A stretch of 62,924 nt of DNA, filler included, from Octopus bimaculoides (GCF_001194135.2; 4 parts of 4 records of this genome joined end to end with filler, not necessarily neighbours in it), one strand, 5' to 3'; counted from the whole stretch's first letter, positions 38,245-52,620 are shown. Notes: generated by a model from the sequence alone, not told the origin. A program made the numbers and translations.

Positions 38245-38383
38245 ACGACGGTCTTCTTGGAGTTTCTGTCGACTAAATCAACTCACAGGGCTTTGGTTGG
38301 CCCAAGGCTATCGCAGAAGACACTTGACCAAAGTGCCACGCAGTGGGACTGAACCCGGAACCATGTGGCCACTCCTGTACCTA
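38245..38383 (-). mobile_element. SINE family A, 5' half
   Basis: gacacttgaccaaagtgccacgcagtgggactgaacccggaaccatgtggccactcctgtacc is the reverse complement of the SINE head. Confidence 0.75.
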
Positions 38384-41294
38384 TATATACATATACATTT
38401 TTATATATTTACATGCACACACACACACATACACACACACAAATTCATCTAATTCTAAGCATATGCATGCATTAGATAGATTTGGTCAGAGTTTCCAACC
38501 GCATGTGTTTAGTTGTTTGATCAACCGAATTGCTCATTGAAAGCACTTGCAATTGGTTGAGTATTCCATATGCATTTGTACTCTTGATACAATTCTCGGG
38601 CGGAATCCGCATATCACAATGTGACAAAGGTGTACCCTTGAATTACTGCTACAATCAATCCGTCGGATTGTCATAGTTATCGTCTCCCCAGTGTCACTCA
38701 TAAAGAATAGTTCAACCCGAGACTATAGAAATTAAAACCTTCCCAAAATGCCAAGTAGCCGAATCGGAACCGCTCGTCATCTTTGCAAAATAACGTTCTT
38801 CCACATTCGGTTTTAATACGCCTAAAATAATACACACGTACGCGCACATGCTATACTTAGTTATACAGTCATCAATCCCTCCATCCATCCTTGTATGCGT
38901 GTGAGCGTGTGTGCGCGCGCGAGTATATTAGCATGCATACATACATACATACATACATACATACATAAGGTTTTTTTGTTGAAATTGAAGCTGAGAGTTT
39001 GCTTCACGCCTCATCTTTCACGCCACTGCAATCTTCATATATGTGAGTATTTGTATGTATGTGTGTGTTTATGTTGCACACACACACACACACACACATA
39101 AATACATATATACACATATATATATAGTATATGTGTTTATGTGTGTGTGTGTAGTGGCATACAAGGGTCACCATAAACTATACTTGATTTTGTTATTTGC
39201 TTGAAATCAATTTACAGATTACGTTGCGGCGAATATATCATTACATTACAGTTCTCGCTACAAAATGCCCTTGAGAAATATGTCAAAGCTTCCATAGTCT
39301 ATTTCATCTTTCCCTGTAAGCCTCCCCGGATTAATACCTATAAAAGAAACTTGTAATAAATCGTGATGATATTTTAATACATTGGGTGATATAATTAATT
39401 CGATGAAAGTACTCTAAAATAAAATAGGCAAATAGAATAAATAAATTCCTAGTAATCTCGCAGGGAAAAGAGATTTAATAAATGAAACATATGACGCAGT
39501 CACTACTAGTTGATGAAGGGGCGATTAAATAGATTAAATATTGGTTGTAGGCGTGAAAATGCTTGCCTTGGAAGGTAAAAAGATCAATATCTTCCTTGTT
39601 AGTATAACCTTTTAACTGATGAAGAAATGTAAATATTGCCAAGGTGCTCTTTGTAACCTTGTTCATTTTAACTTGTTGACTGTTGTCTCTCACTTACACG
39701 CACGAACAAACGCACATATACACATATTACTTCTCTTCATTTCAGATAAATAGAAGTTGTACTTAGAAAGTCAACAACATATAAGGGTCATAGTAAAATT
39801 AAATCGAGATGTGTGATATACGTCTTACATAGTGCATTCCAACTCTGTTATCAGGCAAATGGGTAATGAAGGCTTTTATTCGATGATGAATGTTTTAAAT
39901 ATAATCTTTACCATGATTTACGAGTAACCGTCCGATCTGTGGTCAGTTATGTTCAAAGAGTGATATGATCAGGAGGGAAACGTCATATATTTGGTGGTAA
40001 CTTCTTTTGGAGATTTTGTTTAAAATGCATTTGCTTGAATGTGATGGAAGCTAAATAAAAATTCTTAAGGCTCACACTTTTATCTCTCTCAAAATTTAAA
40101 ACTCAGTGATTGTAACCTTTGAACTGTTAATTAGTCAATGTTAACTCGTTGAATACTAACTGATTTTGGAATATAATGCAATGGAATCTTTCCATGCAAA
40201 TTCCAAACCCAATCCAGTATTACTGAATTTTGAGAATCCTGAAATAATACTTAAAGTATAGTAATTTTGTGCAAGTTATAGATAGTTATAGATATTAGTA
40301 ATTTGATTAGTCCGTTTCATTTCCATGTGTGTTTGTAGTCCACATATTTTTGAAAAAAAAAAAAGAAGAAAAAATATTCTAAGTATCCAGTTCTATTAAC
40401 AAATAGTAATCGTTGGCAGATACCTTACTGCTAGCAATATATCTTTGAATTTGTAACAAGAGAAAAACAAAGCAGGTATTTGTTTAACTCCAGTACATTC
40501 TCGACAGAAAAAAATATATGATCTAAGACACTCTCACCATGACAATCCTGTCAGTGTCCAGTCAATGTACATTTCAAGCTGCTTTATCCAATTTCCTCCC
40601 CACTTTTCACTAGCGACGATGCAAAATTTCCTTCTCTGCTCGTTGTCCATTGTCATACATAATATAAAATATGAAATGAATTGTAGTAAGACATGAAATA
40701 AATTATAGTTCTTTAGACGTCTGTCACGACGAAAGCTGGTTCATTCCATTGTCATACTAATCATCAATGATAATATTCATATAATTTATTCCAATCAGTA
40801 AAATTGATCATTTACATTTGTAACAATGTGTAATTCAGTATCTTAACGCTTGAACGTTGAACATAACATTTCCCTAAGACTCCTATGAGGTAGCACAGAA
40901 ACTTCTCAGGCTATCCTTCTGTAAACTATAAGGAAATTTATATGGATATTTTTATAAACCGGTAGCGTTTCTAACTAATAACAACAGGTGATATAGCACA
41001 ACCATCTTGGCCAAACTAAACACGCACAGCTTAAAAAATATGAGGAAGTATACGTATAAATAGACAGTGCAGACTTTGAGCTGTTTATGTATAGTTAGGT
41101 TGTGTTTAGAATTAGTTACAATTTCATCTATTAACACACTGAAAGATAAACATTGCAAATAAGAAAGCAAAATGGCCATTTAAATTGTTATAAGAAAATA
41201 ACAGAAAACAAACACTTTTTCTATCATCGAGTAAAAGTCAGAGCAATCTTTATTATCTCCTATTGTTCAGAGATACTTAGACTTTCTTTGTTCA

Positions 41295-41328
41295 ACTACT
41301 ACTACTACTACTACTACTGCTGCTGCTG

Positions 41329-41381
<53 letters not shown>

Positions 41382-41435
41382 GCTGCTGCTATTGCTACTG
41401 CTGCTGCTGCTGCCACTGCCACCACTAAGACGAAG

Positions 41436-41466
<31 letters not shown>

Positions 41467-41518
41467 CGTCGTGGTCGTAGTAGTAGTCGTCGTGGTCGTA
41501 GTAGTAGTAGTCGTCGTC

Positions 41519-41549
<31 letters not shown>
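41295..41549. repeat. (CTA/CTG)n followed by (TAG/TCG)n, an inverted compound microsatellite
   Basis: Directly visible, with the polarity switch at ~41425. Confidence 0.95.
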
Positions 41550-41929
41550 AACAAAGAAAGTAGCTTTTATAAAAAATAGTAGAAACAAAGATTTCACAAA
41601 AGATAAAAGCTAACACGCATATCAGAGACATTCTTTTGTAAATTATCTGCAATAACAAGAATTGTTTAGACATGCAAGACAAGCCAGCAAAACCAATTGT
41701 ACTGTTTCTAAGAGTCAACATTTCAATAAAATATTTCGAAACTCCAGACGCTTACTGGGTTATCTTTAAACAGCGTTTCATGACGGATTGTTACATTCTC
41801 TGCAATGGATTGGACTGAAAACCTATTCATTCCTTTATGTTGATCTGAAGAACGTTGTGTTATTTTGTGTATATTTCAATACAACATTTAAATAGATTGT
41901 TTAAATCTCATTCGCAAATTTGTTTATAT

Positions 41930-42205
41930 CTTTTATTATCTTTTACTTGTTTTAGTCATTAGGCTGCGGCCTTGGTGGGACACCGCTCCTGAAGAATATT
42001 TCGATCAAACCGACCCCAGTACTTATTTTATCGGCCTCTTCTACCGAAACGTTATGTTACGGAGACATAAACACACCAAAAACCGGTTGTCATGCGGTGG
42101 TTGGGGACAAGCACAGACACAGACACACACATGGATACACACAAACATACACACACACACACGCATATCGTTGGGAAGCAAACCTATTATCACCCAGCCA
42201 CGCCT
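41930..42205 (-). mobile_element. SINE family A
   Basis: ttttacttgttttagtcattaggctgcggcc...gaccccagtacttatttt... Confidence 0.65.
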
Positions 42206-45200
42206 GCACTTATATATATATATATATATATTTAGGAAAGCGTTACTAACAGTTTATGTATTTACGATACTTTAAATTGCCATGGTTCTGTTCATGTGTT
42301 AGATCTATTTTAAAAATCAGGACCCTGGACTGTGAGAAAATGAGAAAAAAAAAAAAACGAGAAGAAAAAGCATGAAGAAGTTTGATGCAATATATGGAAN
42401 NNNNNNNNNNNNNNNNNNNNNNNNNNNNNNNNNNNNNNNNNNNNNNNNNNNNNNNNNNNNNNNNNNNNNNNNNNNNNNNNNNNNNNNNNNNNNNNNNNNN
42501 NNNNNNNNNNNNNNNNNNNNNNNNNNNNNNNNNNNNNNNNNNNNNNNNNNNNNNNNNNNNNNNNNNNNNNNNNNNNNNNNNNNNNNNNNNNNNNNNNNNN
42601 NNNNNNNNNNNNNNNNNNNNNNNNNNNNNNNNNNNNNNNNNNNNNNNNNNNNNNNNNNNNNNNNNNNNNNNNNNNNNNNNNNNNNNNNNNNNNNNNNNNN
42701 NNNNNNNNNNNNNNNNNNNNNNNNNNNNNNNNNNNNNNNNNNNNNNNNNNNNNNNNNNNNNNNNNNNNNNNNNNNNNNNNNNNNNNNNNNNNNNNNNNNN
42801 NNNNNNNNNNNNNNNNNNNNNNNNNNNNNNNNNNNNNNNNNNNNNNNNNNNNNNNNNNNNNNNNNNNNNNNNNNNNNNNNNNNNNNNNNNNNATATATAT
42901 ATATATATATATATATATACACCATAGACCAGGAAACCGGCCCTATGCTTTATATGGATTAATGTGGATTAACCATTATGATATATGAGATTATTTAACA
43001 AGTAGTTGTCCTTAAAGATTATTTTGAAATTTAAAAATGGATCTCAAGTTCTCGAATTAAGTTAAATAGTTTGAAAATCTTCACCTGAAATTGTTTTCAT
43101 TTGTTGTACATCTAAAAATAATGAGTTGGTATATCTATATGTCTGCTTGTCAGTACATTTCTGCTATACAATTCTACCTTTACTTGCCCTGTATGCTAGA
43201 GAAAGTATATGATAAATTTAAAGGAAACTTTGTTCAGTGTTAATAAGTCAGCTGACCGTGAATGGTTGGAAAGGAACAGACGTTTCAGATGCAGGTATTC
43301 AATTTTTCTATTTTCACTCTTAACAATATCCAAAAGCACTGCCATAATAAATACAAACTCTCCTTTAAATTTATTATTAATAACTTAAGTATTATATTTG
43401 ACGGACACACGCACCAATATTCTTGGATTCCAGATTTTATACTGAGAGTGTGTAATTGTGTATGTGCGCATGTACGTGAATGCTTGTGAGGAACCACAAA
43501 ATCAGATATACTGTACGCTCCTTAAAGGAGACAGAAATCTCTCTTGAAACAACACATCGTCAACACTTTTTGGAAAGAAAGGACTCTCATAAATTCTGCT
43601 GAAGATCAATTGGAAACTAATTTGTGGAATCTATATAATTACAATAGAAGTGATGATCTGATATTTCATTGGTAGTCGGGAGAACATGTTGATTATTTGA
43701 AAACTTTATGCAAATTCTTTAAATGACCTAAGAAAATCATACTAAGATCATTGGAAGAACTGTCAATTATCAATGAGACCAAGCCAGTGAAAGTTGTATT
43801 CAGAAATGTAGCACAAGATCTCTTACGAATGTAGTATAATCCTCGTGAATTGCCGGGACAAAAACTGAAAATACTATCATTATTGAATGCCTACCATATC
43901 ATCTCAAAGTCGAGATGAGTTTACAGAATTATGAATTCATGACTGGTATCTAATAATAAGAATATGTCTATTTTAAATGTAATATATGTGGTTTGTACAG
44001 AATGATTTGTTCAGTTGTATGAAATAACTCAATTGCCTTGGAACAAAGCAAACAAGAAACAAAACAATTGAGTATAATGGAATAATTTTATTTAGAAATC
44101 AATTAAATATATCTTAGAGAGTTCCATTTTAAGAGCAATGATTTAAATATGGTACGAAGTCATTAAACCATATAATAATCAAATTAGAGACAAAGACATG
44201 AAGAATGAGAAAGTGAATGATTTAGTGAGAATTTGTGGGCATTTATGTGCGAGCGTCTACATTTCAAAGTGGGAAATATCAAAATTTTAATCTGTTTTCT
44301 ATGAAATCTGATAAAAAAAATACCATTAAGAGTTGGACTAACTTTGATGTTTCTAAATTGAAACTTAAATACAATTATTGAGTTTACTAACAATTATATT
44401 GAGAAAGTGTCTTTGTAGCATTAGCCGCAGTAACTCTATTATTTTTCTCAATTGATTAAGTTAATGATTTATCGAATGAAAGGAATTATAGGATATACTA
44501 TAATGCTAAAGGAAAACGAAAAGGTTATTGCCGTTAATGTTCTCATTCAAAATAATAGGATTCAAAATCAGAAACGACAAATTCAGTTTCTGTTTAGAAG
44601 TATGTATAATTCTACCAATTAGTCTTAGAATTTTTCATAATAATTAAATTTTGCTTTAGGTCACCGAGATAATAAAAATCTTTGATGATACGAAATAAAC
44701 ATTCACCCTATTTTTATTAATAGTATACGGGTATCATTTAACACTCAACTTGAATCAATAAAAGCATAAAAGGCTTTTCTGGAATACACTTCATAGCATC
44801 CACTAACCAGTGTTTTCTTTACAGTATCGTTTTAGGTACTTTCAGGTATACTCATCATGTTTCACATTTCTTAATTAGTAGCCAAATTTCACGAAACCTT
44901 CAAGGAAGTACTCCAGCATGGCCGCAGTCAAATGACTGAAACATATAAAATAATAAAAAAATATCCTTTCATCTCATAACTCTCAATAAAATAACCCCCT
45001 GTAATGCAATAGAATCGATAATAAACTAAGCTGATTTTATGGAAAATACGCCCTCAATTTCCTATAAGATATTTAGAAATACAACTCTGAATGTTTCGTT
45101 TAAAATATTAAGCAGAATATCCCATTCGCGAAGGCTTATTAATTAATATGCTATGTGTGATATTTGTATGGTATATAATATTAATGTCTCTATTATTAGA

Positions 45201-46063
45201 TAATGTCGTGCAAAGAGCCTTATTTATTTGATATGAATCTCTGTAGGCAGCTGCAGAATTTTAAACAAATCCAATAAATGTTTTGAATGTTTCTTTTTTT
45301 AAATACGAACTGCAAACAGTAAATTTTTACACTCAGATGTAAATACTGTATTGTGATATTTGACCTATTACCCCCATGTGGTTCGCTATTGTATTTGTAC
45401 TTTTACGTGAGAGAGTATTATCAATTTATTTCACCCACTTTATATGATTATCACAAGTTCACGTCAACAGTGAATAGTGTTGTATTATGCATAAGTATAG
45501 ACAGAAAAATATTATAGGGACGGTCTCCGATATTACACGTGTTTTTTATTTGGGTGTTAAGAGCAGTGAAATAAAATAGTTTCGATATGGAATGAAAACA
45601 ATTAAGAATTTCTTTAGATATAATTTTGCTGGTACAGTATGCTATCTGTCATTCCATGATCATTATCAATGAAGAAATCTTAATTTTTTTTCATGTAATT
45701 CAATATTTTTATACACAAACTTGATATCGTCTTTCTTAATAAATCAGAAAAAGGTACTTTTTCCCACGCAATTCGTTCAACAGAACGAATGGGACAACAT
45801 AAAGGCCCTACTGGAACAATTGCTAATTATTAGACATGAATTAACATCGTTTCTTACTGTATATATTTTGAAAATTAATCCATGTTTTAGTGATACACCA
45901 TTACTGTTGTGGCTGAAATTATCGCGTATAGTATGGCGTTATATTGTAAGTTACTCTTGTAAATAATCATATCAATCAAAGCAGATCAGAGAGGCAAATG
46001 GATGGATATATTTTTACAGTTAATCAATATGTTACTTATTTTACTTGAAACGTATATATATGT

Positions 46064-46102
<39 letters not shown>

Positions 46103-47023
46103 TGTACCTATATATCTGTGTGTGTCTGTGTCTGCGTGTGTGTGCTTGCATATGTGCATGTGCGTGCTTGCAGATGTGCGTGTGAATGTGTGTATGTATG
46201 TGTTTGTATGTATGTATATTCCAAATTTTAGTTTAAAATGTTTTACTGTATAATTTGATTAATCTAGATAATTTTTTTCTGGTAACGCTATTAACAATTT
46301 ATATCGCTGCTACAGTTTACTAAAAGATGAAGTCATATTTTATCACATGATGCTATAGTTTGGGAAATCTGTTTGGGAAATCTGTTTGATCTTCAGTCAG
46401 ATAAAAAAATATATATAGTCTCAGATTTTATGATATGAACAAATACATGTTTTTATATTATCACTTCACTCAAATACGTGCGATATCAAAACAAGATATA
46501 TATATTTTCGTGGCAACTGTCATACAATAATCTATAACTTATCGTTGACGAAGGTGGAGGACAATGTTCGAATCTCAGTTAAGTCAATTTCACTTCATTT
46601 ACATCAGTAATATTCTGGGGAAAAATACTAATGTTGTTTAATTCAGTTATACCTCCTGCAATAAATTCAGCTTAGATTTCTCAGCGTTTTTCAGTATTTT
46701 AATAAAATTACAAATCAATTTGAACTAAGGATATCTCCTTAAATTCTTTTTGCTTTTTAAAAGAACTGCTGGATTTTGCAATCCTAAAGCCATGTAGGAA
46801 TTACGGTCTTCATGTTTATATGTTCAAACTTGTTCACAATACGAAGACAGGAACCAATAAAAGAGCAGATTTTAGTTGCTTTTGTCCCGATATCTCTTCA
46901 TATTCAATATTTCTACCTAATCCTTCCTTTTATCTATTATGAGTAATTTCCTACTAACTCCAATTAGAAGGACGGGATATCTACAGAGGGATGGGATATC
47001 TACGGAAATATTATTCTTCAAAT

Positions 47024-47160
<137 letters not shown>

Positions 47161-47574
47161 GTGAATAACAAACATCATGGGCGTGTAATAAAGACCTGGG
47201 AAGATAGATCAAATCTATAACCATCACGAAGCAGGAGTTAAGAATACGTTAAAACAATGAAAGAACATATGTCTTAATGTAAGTCATCTCGGAAACAGAA
47301 AGATTTTTCTTGATATATGGAGGGTATATTGGCGCCGCCAATGAAGAAATAGTCTCAATGATAACGGTGCGAAACTACTAAGACTACTGGACGTTAACTG
47401 ATGAGGAATTAGCTACGATTTATCCGTGTGTTATGTTTTTGTCAAATTACCTGTGATTTTGTTAAATTTTCCGGTTGTTATGTTTTTTAAAAGAATCTTG
47501 AAATCTCCACCACAACTCCTCATTACTTAATAATATATTATCAGATGTAATACTATGTTGTAAACATAGGTTCT

Positions 47575-47808
47575 TATTTCTTTACTGCCCACAAGGGGCT
47601 ACACACATAGGGGACAAACAAGGACAGACAACGGGATTAAGTCGATTATATCGACCCCAGTGCGTAACTTGTACTTATTTAATCGACCCCGAAAGGATGA
47701 AAGGCAAAGTCCACCTCGGCGGAATTTGAACTCAGAACGTAGCGGCAAACGAAATACCACTAAGCATTTCACCCGGCGTGCTAACGTTTCTGCCAGCTCG
47801 CCGCCTTA
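47575..47808 (-). mobile_element. Intact tRNA-derived SINE (family B) with a 17-bp TSD
   Basis: TSD ttgtaaacataggttct at 47558-47574 and 47809-47825. B-box-like gttctgagttcaaattcc is on the minus strand. Confidence 0.9.
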
Positions 47809-47883
47809 TTGTAAACATAGGTTCTACACATCATTTGCACATTCTATTAAATCTATGAAATCCCACAACTATAACTACCCTTA

Positions 47884-48560
47884 CTCAAATTTAACCTTAA
47901 GGTACGTCAGAAGGGGAAGGAGGCCAATGAAGTCAAAGCTAAATGGTCTGAATCTAGTAAAGGCTTTAAATACTTGGATAGTATTATTACTTAGATACTC
48001 AGCAGCTTTTGTAGACTGGACAAAAACTGAATTAGCAAAGCTAGATAGAGCAACTAGGAAGGAATTCAATATGAATGGGGGACTCCACCCAAGAGCAGAA
48101 GTAACAAGATTATACTTACCTAGAAAGAAAGGTGGAAGATGGGTAATATCAGTAGAAGACTGCCTGGTGTTAGATAAAGTAGATATAGATTCTAGCTATA
48201 GACTCTATGTGTAGATATAGAGTAGATGTAGGTAATAGTGAACAAAATTTTTAAGAGCTGCTAGAGTCGCAGTAGGACATATGGTAACCAGAAAGAAGAA
48301 AAAAAGTTATCTGATTGGCAGGAGAAGGCTTTGTATGTTAGATTCTGAAAGATAGTTATAGCAAATAATAGTAGAGAGACATGGTTATGGTTGTGGAAAG
48401 GACGGATGAAAAGGGAGACAGAAAGTTTGCTAGTAGCAGCACAAGATCAAGCATTAAGGACTAATTGGATAAAAGCCAAGACAGACAAAAACTAAGTAGA
48501 TTCTTAATGTAGGTTATGCAAATCAAAAGAGGATAGTGTTATTCATATAGTAAGTGCATG
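47884..48560 (+). mobile_element. R4/Dong-like (RLE) LINE fragment, post-RT region to CCHC
   Basis: KSKLNGLNLVKALNTW...RYSAAFVDWTKTEL...GLHPRAEVTRLYLPRKKGGR, then ETESLLVAAQDQALRTN...CRLCKSKEDSVIHIVSAC. Confidence 0.85.
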
Positions 48561-48562
48561 TA

Positions 48563-48937
48563 TCAGGTCATCCCATAAGTTCTGTCCGAATTTTGAATAA
48601 AGAAAACAAGTGATCAAATGTTATATTTAATTCAAACTTAATCATCAATGTACTTTCCCTGATTATCTATGACTTCCTTCCATCTATTTACAAGCTTTTT
48701 CATCCCATCAATGTAAAACTCTTTTGGTTTCAAAGCGAAGAACTCTGAAATGTCAGTTTCGACCTCCTTCTGGCTTGCGAAAGTTATGTCCCCCAAATGA
48801 TTCTGTAAACTACGAAACAAATGGTGGTGTGAAGGAGCAAGGTCGGGAGAATAAGGTGGATGAGGAATTTTTTCCCAACCAAGCTCTTCGATCTTCTGTG
48901 ATGTGATCTTTGCAGTGTGGGGTCGCACATTGTCCTG
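48563..48937 (-). mobile_element. Mariner (DD34D-type) transposase 3' end with TIR, truncated by a gap
   Basis: RPHTAKIT...LGWEKIPHPPYSPDLAPSHHHLFRSL...KKLVNRWKEVIDNQGKYIDD*. TA is followed by the TIR TCAGGTCATCCCATAAGTTCTGTCC at 48563. Confidence 0.9.
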
Positions 48938-49719
48938 NNNNNNNNNNNNNNNNNNNNNNNNNNNNNNNNNNNNNNNNNNNNTTAATTAATTAANNNNNNN
49001 NNNNNNNNNNNNNNNNNNNNNNNNNNNNNNNNNNNNNACGAGGCACATTGACCTTTGTTTGAAATTATCTACCGTTATAATTTGTTTCGTGGCATCCACA
49101 TACAACAACAACAACAACAACGAGGACAACGACGATGGCGTCGACAACTACGAAGTCGCATCAACAGTATTAATTGCAATTTAACAATTTTAAGTCGCAA
49201 CAACAACAACATCAACAACAACAGCTTCGGTAAGAAGTTAAATTTTAGTGAAAGAACCTACGCCATGTGAATTTGTTTGAAATCGTCTTCATGTTTACTC
49301 AACGGTTATGCATATGCGTGTGTGTTTGTGTGTGTGTGTGTGTGTGTATTTTGTACGTTTGCAAGTCAGTATATGTATATGTATATGTATGTATGCATGT
49401 ATGTATGTACGTGTTTGTATGCTTATTTGTATATACATATGTATGTGTATACATACATATACATACACACACACATACATAAGTATGTATGTCATTATTA
49501 AGTTTTACTTCAAGATTTCTTGCCAATAGAGAGAGATCCAAGGCTCCTTCATTGGAATTTCAACATTAACAGGGCACTTTTGCATGTATGTATGTATGTA
49601 TGTATGTATGTATGTGTGTATGTATGTATGTATGCAGCTATGTATGTATGTATGTATGTATGTATGTATATCTGCAGATTTGTATGTTTTGCTTTATGCA
49701 TGTATTCTCATGCATGTAC

Positions 49720-50030
49720 TTGTATATCGAGATAGGCTCATATATATTCATATGATAAACTTCTGAAAAGTTTTACAGATTTTACAGTTCCAGTGATTGA
49801 CTGAATCCGAGGTCTTCGAATTAACTTTACCACAACTGTGCAGTTTCTCTTCTCTATCGCAAATCATTATATCAGGTCTGTTGTGCTAACATTTTTTTGA
49901 TGTCTTCACTGGAACATTCCGCCAGTATTCCTTTTCATTGAGTGGCTATGGCTTCTACCATATTGTGGGTTCTTATTTCTTTGTCTGGTAGATCCATTAG
50001 AACAAAAAATGGACAGAATTTCTTTAGGTT
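49720..50030 (-). mobile_element. RLE-LINE endonuclease remnant
   Basis: The minus strand reads YWRNVPVKTSKKC*HNRPDIMICDREEK, the W..P..T....HNRPDI RLE motif. Confidence 0.6.
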
Positions 50031-50632
50031 ATATGGTTGCCTTTTGCTTAAGATAAGTGTTTAATTAGTTATTATGTTCTTAATTTTTCCCTTTGTTTTA
50101 TGATTGGCAAATTTGTTCGCCAAATTTCATTGAGCGAACATATAGACACATGCAGTCATAAAAAATGTTTCTAGTTTTTCCTTTCCACAAACTACACGAC
50201 ACAAGTGTGGTTGGAAGAAAGATAAAAGAAAAACGGTTTATTAAAAGGTTCAAACCTGTTCTGGACGGAAATAACAGCAATGATATAACAACCAGTTAAT
50301 GATGTGGTTTAATAAATACAAACAAGTTACAGAATATTGGTACGCCTGGCACACCGTGATGTTTAAGAGCATGCGGATTGGTGAAAAAGGTATTCTAAAA
50401 ATTGAGCTGGTTGGAGAGTTCTAAGAGGTACTAAAGTTGTCAAGAACTCAACTGTCTGTTAAACACACTTGAAATCTGATGAGAACTCTAATGCTAATTT
50501 ACGAGCATTACAAAATAATTTTGTCATATTAAGATGTTAAAAATGCCATAATAGGAAACGTGAAAACCAGAAGACACTGTTTTAACTTTATTCAACTGTT
50601 ATATTATTCCCTCACTCTCTCTCTCCGTATAC

Positions 50633-50669
<37 letters not shown>

Positions 50670-51039
50670 NNNNNNNNNNNNNNNNNNNNNNNNNNNNNNN
50701 NNNNNNNNNNNNNNNNNNNNNNNNNNNNNNNNNNNNNNNNNNNNNNNNNNNNNNNNNNNNNNNNNNNNNNNNNNNNNNNNNNNNNNNGTATATGTGTGTG
50801 TGTGTGCATGTGTATATACATGTATATATATATATATGTGTGTGTGTGTATATATAGATATATAGATATATGTAGAGAGAGAGAGAATGAGAGAGAGTGA
50901 GAAAGAGAGAGAGAGAGAGTGAGAGAAAGAGAGTGAGAGAAAGAGAGTGAGAGAGAGATGAAGAGAGGGAAAAAAGAGAGTGAGAGAGAGAGAGACAGAC
51001 AGACAGAGATATATACATATATACATATATACATATACA

Positions 51040-51084
<45 letters not shown>

Positions 51085-51094
51085 ATCATGTGTA

Positions 51095-51125
<31 letters not shown>

Positions 51126-51994
51126 ATGTGTCTATATGTGTATGCGTACGTTGGGTCTGCAATATGTCAGTAATTATAATGGTCTCCATTTCTTTAGTAG
51201 AGACAGAAGTTTGTTCTAGTTATAATATTTATTGCTCAGATACAACGAATAATCTTTTATGTCTAGCTGCAAGCTGTTTCACGTTGGCCATTATTGCAGA
51301 AAGCAACAAAAACAACAGGAGATCACTGAGGCTAATTACTCAGTAACGCTATCTGCATAAAAATAGAATAGCCAAGAGGAAGTAGCGACTATTAAATAAT
51401 CAGTTTGAAATTCTCCATCACAAGACCCAGTTCTTGTTGTGTTGTTTCATTTTGTGTGCCTCGATGACCCCCGAGAGCTATGTCAGTGAAGGGCAAGCCC
51501 CTACTTGAGGTGCTCATGCGTAACAGGCCAAAGAAGAAAAGGACTGTCTTATAAGGACCGTCTCTCCCGTGAGGTAAAAATTGGTTTGAATAAGGGAAAA
51601 ACCTTTACCTAGAAAAAAAAAGTTACAGAAGCATGGGTAACATTTGAAAACCAAGGCTTGGGAGAAGAAGGCCTTTCGTCAGGGAAACATATGACCCGTC
51701 ACAGCCTGATCTGAAAGCCTTCTATCCTTTGTTTCTCCTGTTTGTCCATGTGATGTACAGCACATATTTCCCTAGTATCCGTGCCAGGAACACACATATA
51801 GTATCTAAAGGTAAATCTTTTTTTCTTCTGATGATATTGTGCTCAAGTCACATAAATGTAAATTTAATGTTTATTGATTATAAATAGAAACGGCTGTAAG
51901 TGAAGATGACCAATTTGCTGTTTATAATAAACAATTATTAACTTCCAAATCACTATTTCCTTCTTCTTTTAAACATACGCACACGCACACACAC

Positions 51995-51995
<1 letters not shown>

Positions 51996-52062
<67 letters not shown>

Positions 52063-52230
52063 GGATGGATGGATGGATGGATGGATGGATGGATAGATAA
52101 ATAGATAGATAAGATAGATTGATGGATAGATAGCTACATATATACATACATACATATATACACGCACAAACACATACATACAAACACATACATACATACA
52201 TACATACATACATACATACATACATACATA
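51996..52230. repeat. (GATA)n/(GGAT)n/(CATA)n compound microsatellite
   Basis: Directly visible. Confidence 0.95.
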
Positions 52231-52239
52231 GGTACGTAC

Positions 52240-52326
52240 CGCATTTTGGAGCTGAAAAGATTTGTCTCTCCTTATGGACGCCATATATTCAGCAATACTT
52301 CCCTTAAAATTCTGTTTATTCATTAT
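52240..52326 (-). CDS. DUF885-like gene, exon c (IMNKQNFKGSIAEYMASIRRDKSFQLQNA)
   Basis: Acceptor ttctcatttttcAG, donor GCG|gtacgt, phase 0-0, 87 nt. It continues the DUF885 motif IM...F.G....F...L..D..F. Confidence 0.8.
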
Positions 52327-52379
52327 CTGAAAAATGAGAAAATGTCCAGCTTTACAGAAGGCAAACTCATCGTAGAACT

Positions 52380-52620
52380 GAAGAGTAACTCATTTTGCTA
52401 AGGAGTTATGCGGAAAACTTGAATGATGTGATGTTTAAGAAAGCGAAGTTGTGCGCAGGTCGCTCATCCCGTGATCTATCCAGAGACTCTCCATTCCACG
52501 TGTCTCAAACAGAACAGGTGGAGACAAGAGGGATGGGTCGTCGCTGAAGAGGTCATGGGATTTGTGACGAAAGATTTTCACACAATGCATATAAAGTAAG
52601 AACAATAATGAATCTGAAGT
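52380..52620 (-). mobile_element. Decayed Tc1/mariner C-terminal remnant
   Basis: Weak similarity to WPPxSPDLxPLD (…DLFSDDPSLLSPPVLF…). Confidence 0.3.

Noticed and set aside
39235-39345. Exon-like segment on the minus strand (acceptor tttcttttatAG; GINPGRLTGKDEIDYGSFDIFLKGIL*)
   Set aside because: It does not fit the expected downstream DUF885 motifs and ends in a stop without supporting context.
41267-41721. Poly-Y/V/L/S/T ORFs
   Set aside because: These are translations of the trinucleotide microsatellite.
43490-43960. Possible decayed transposase-like coding sequence
   Set aside because: No recognisable motif in any frame.
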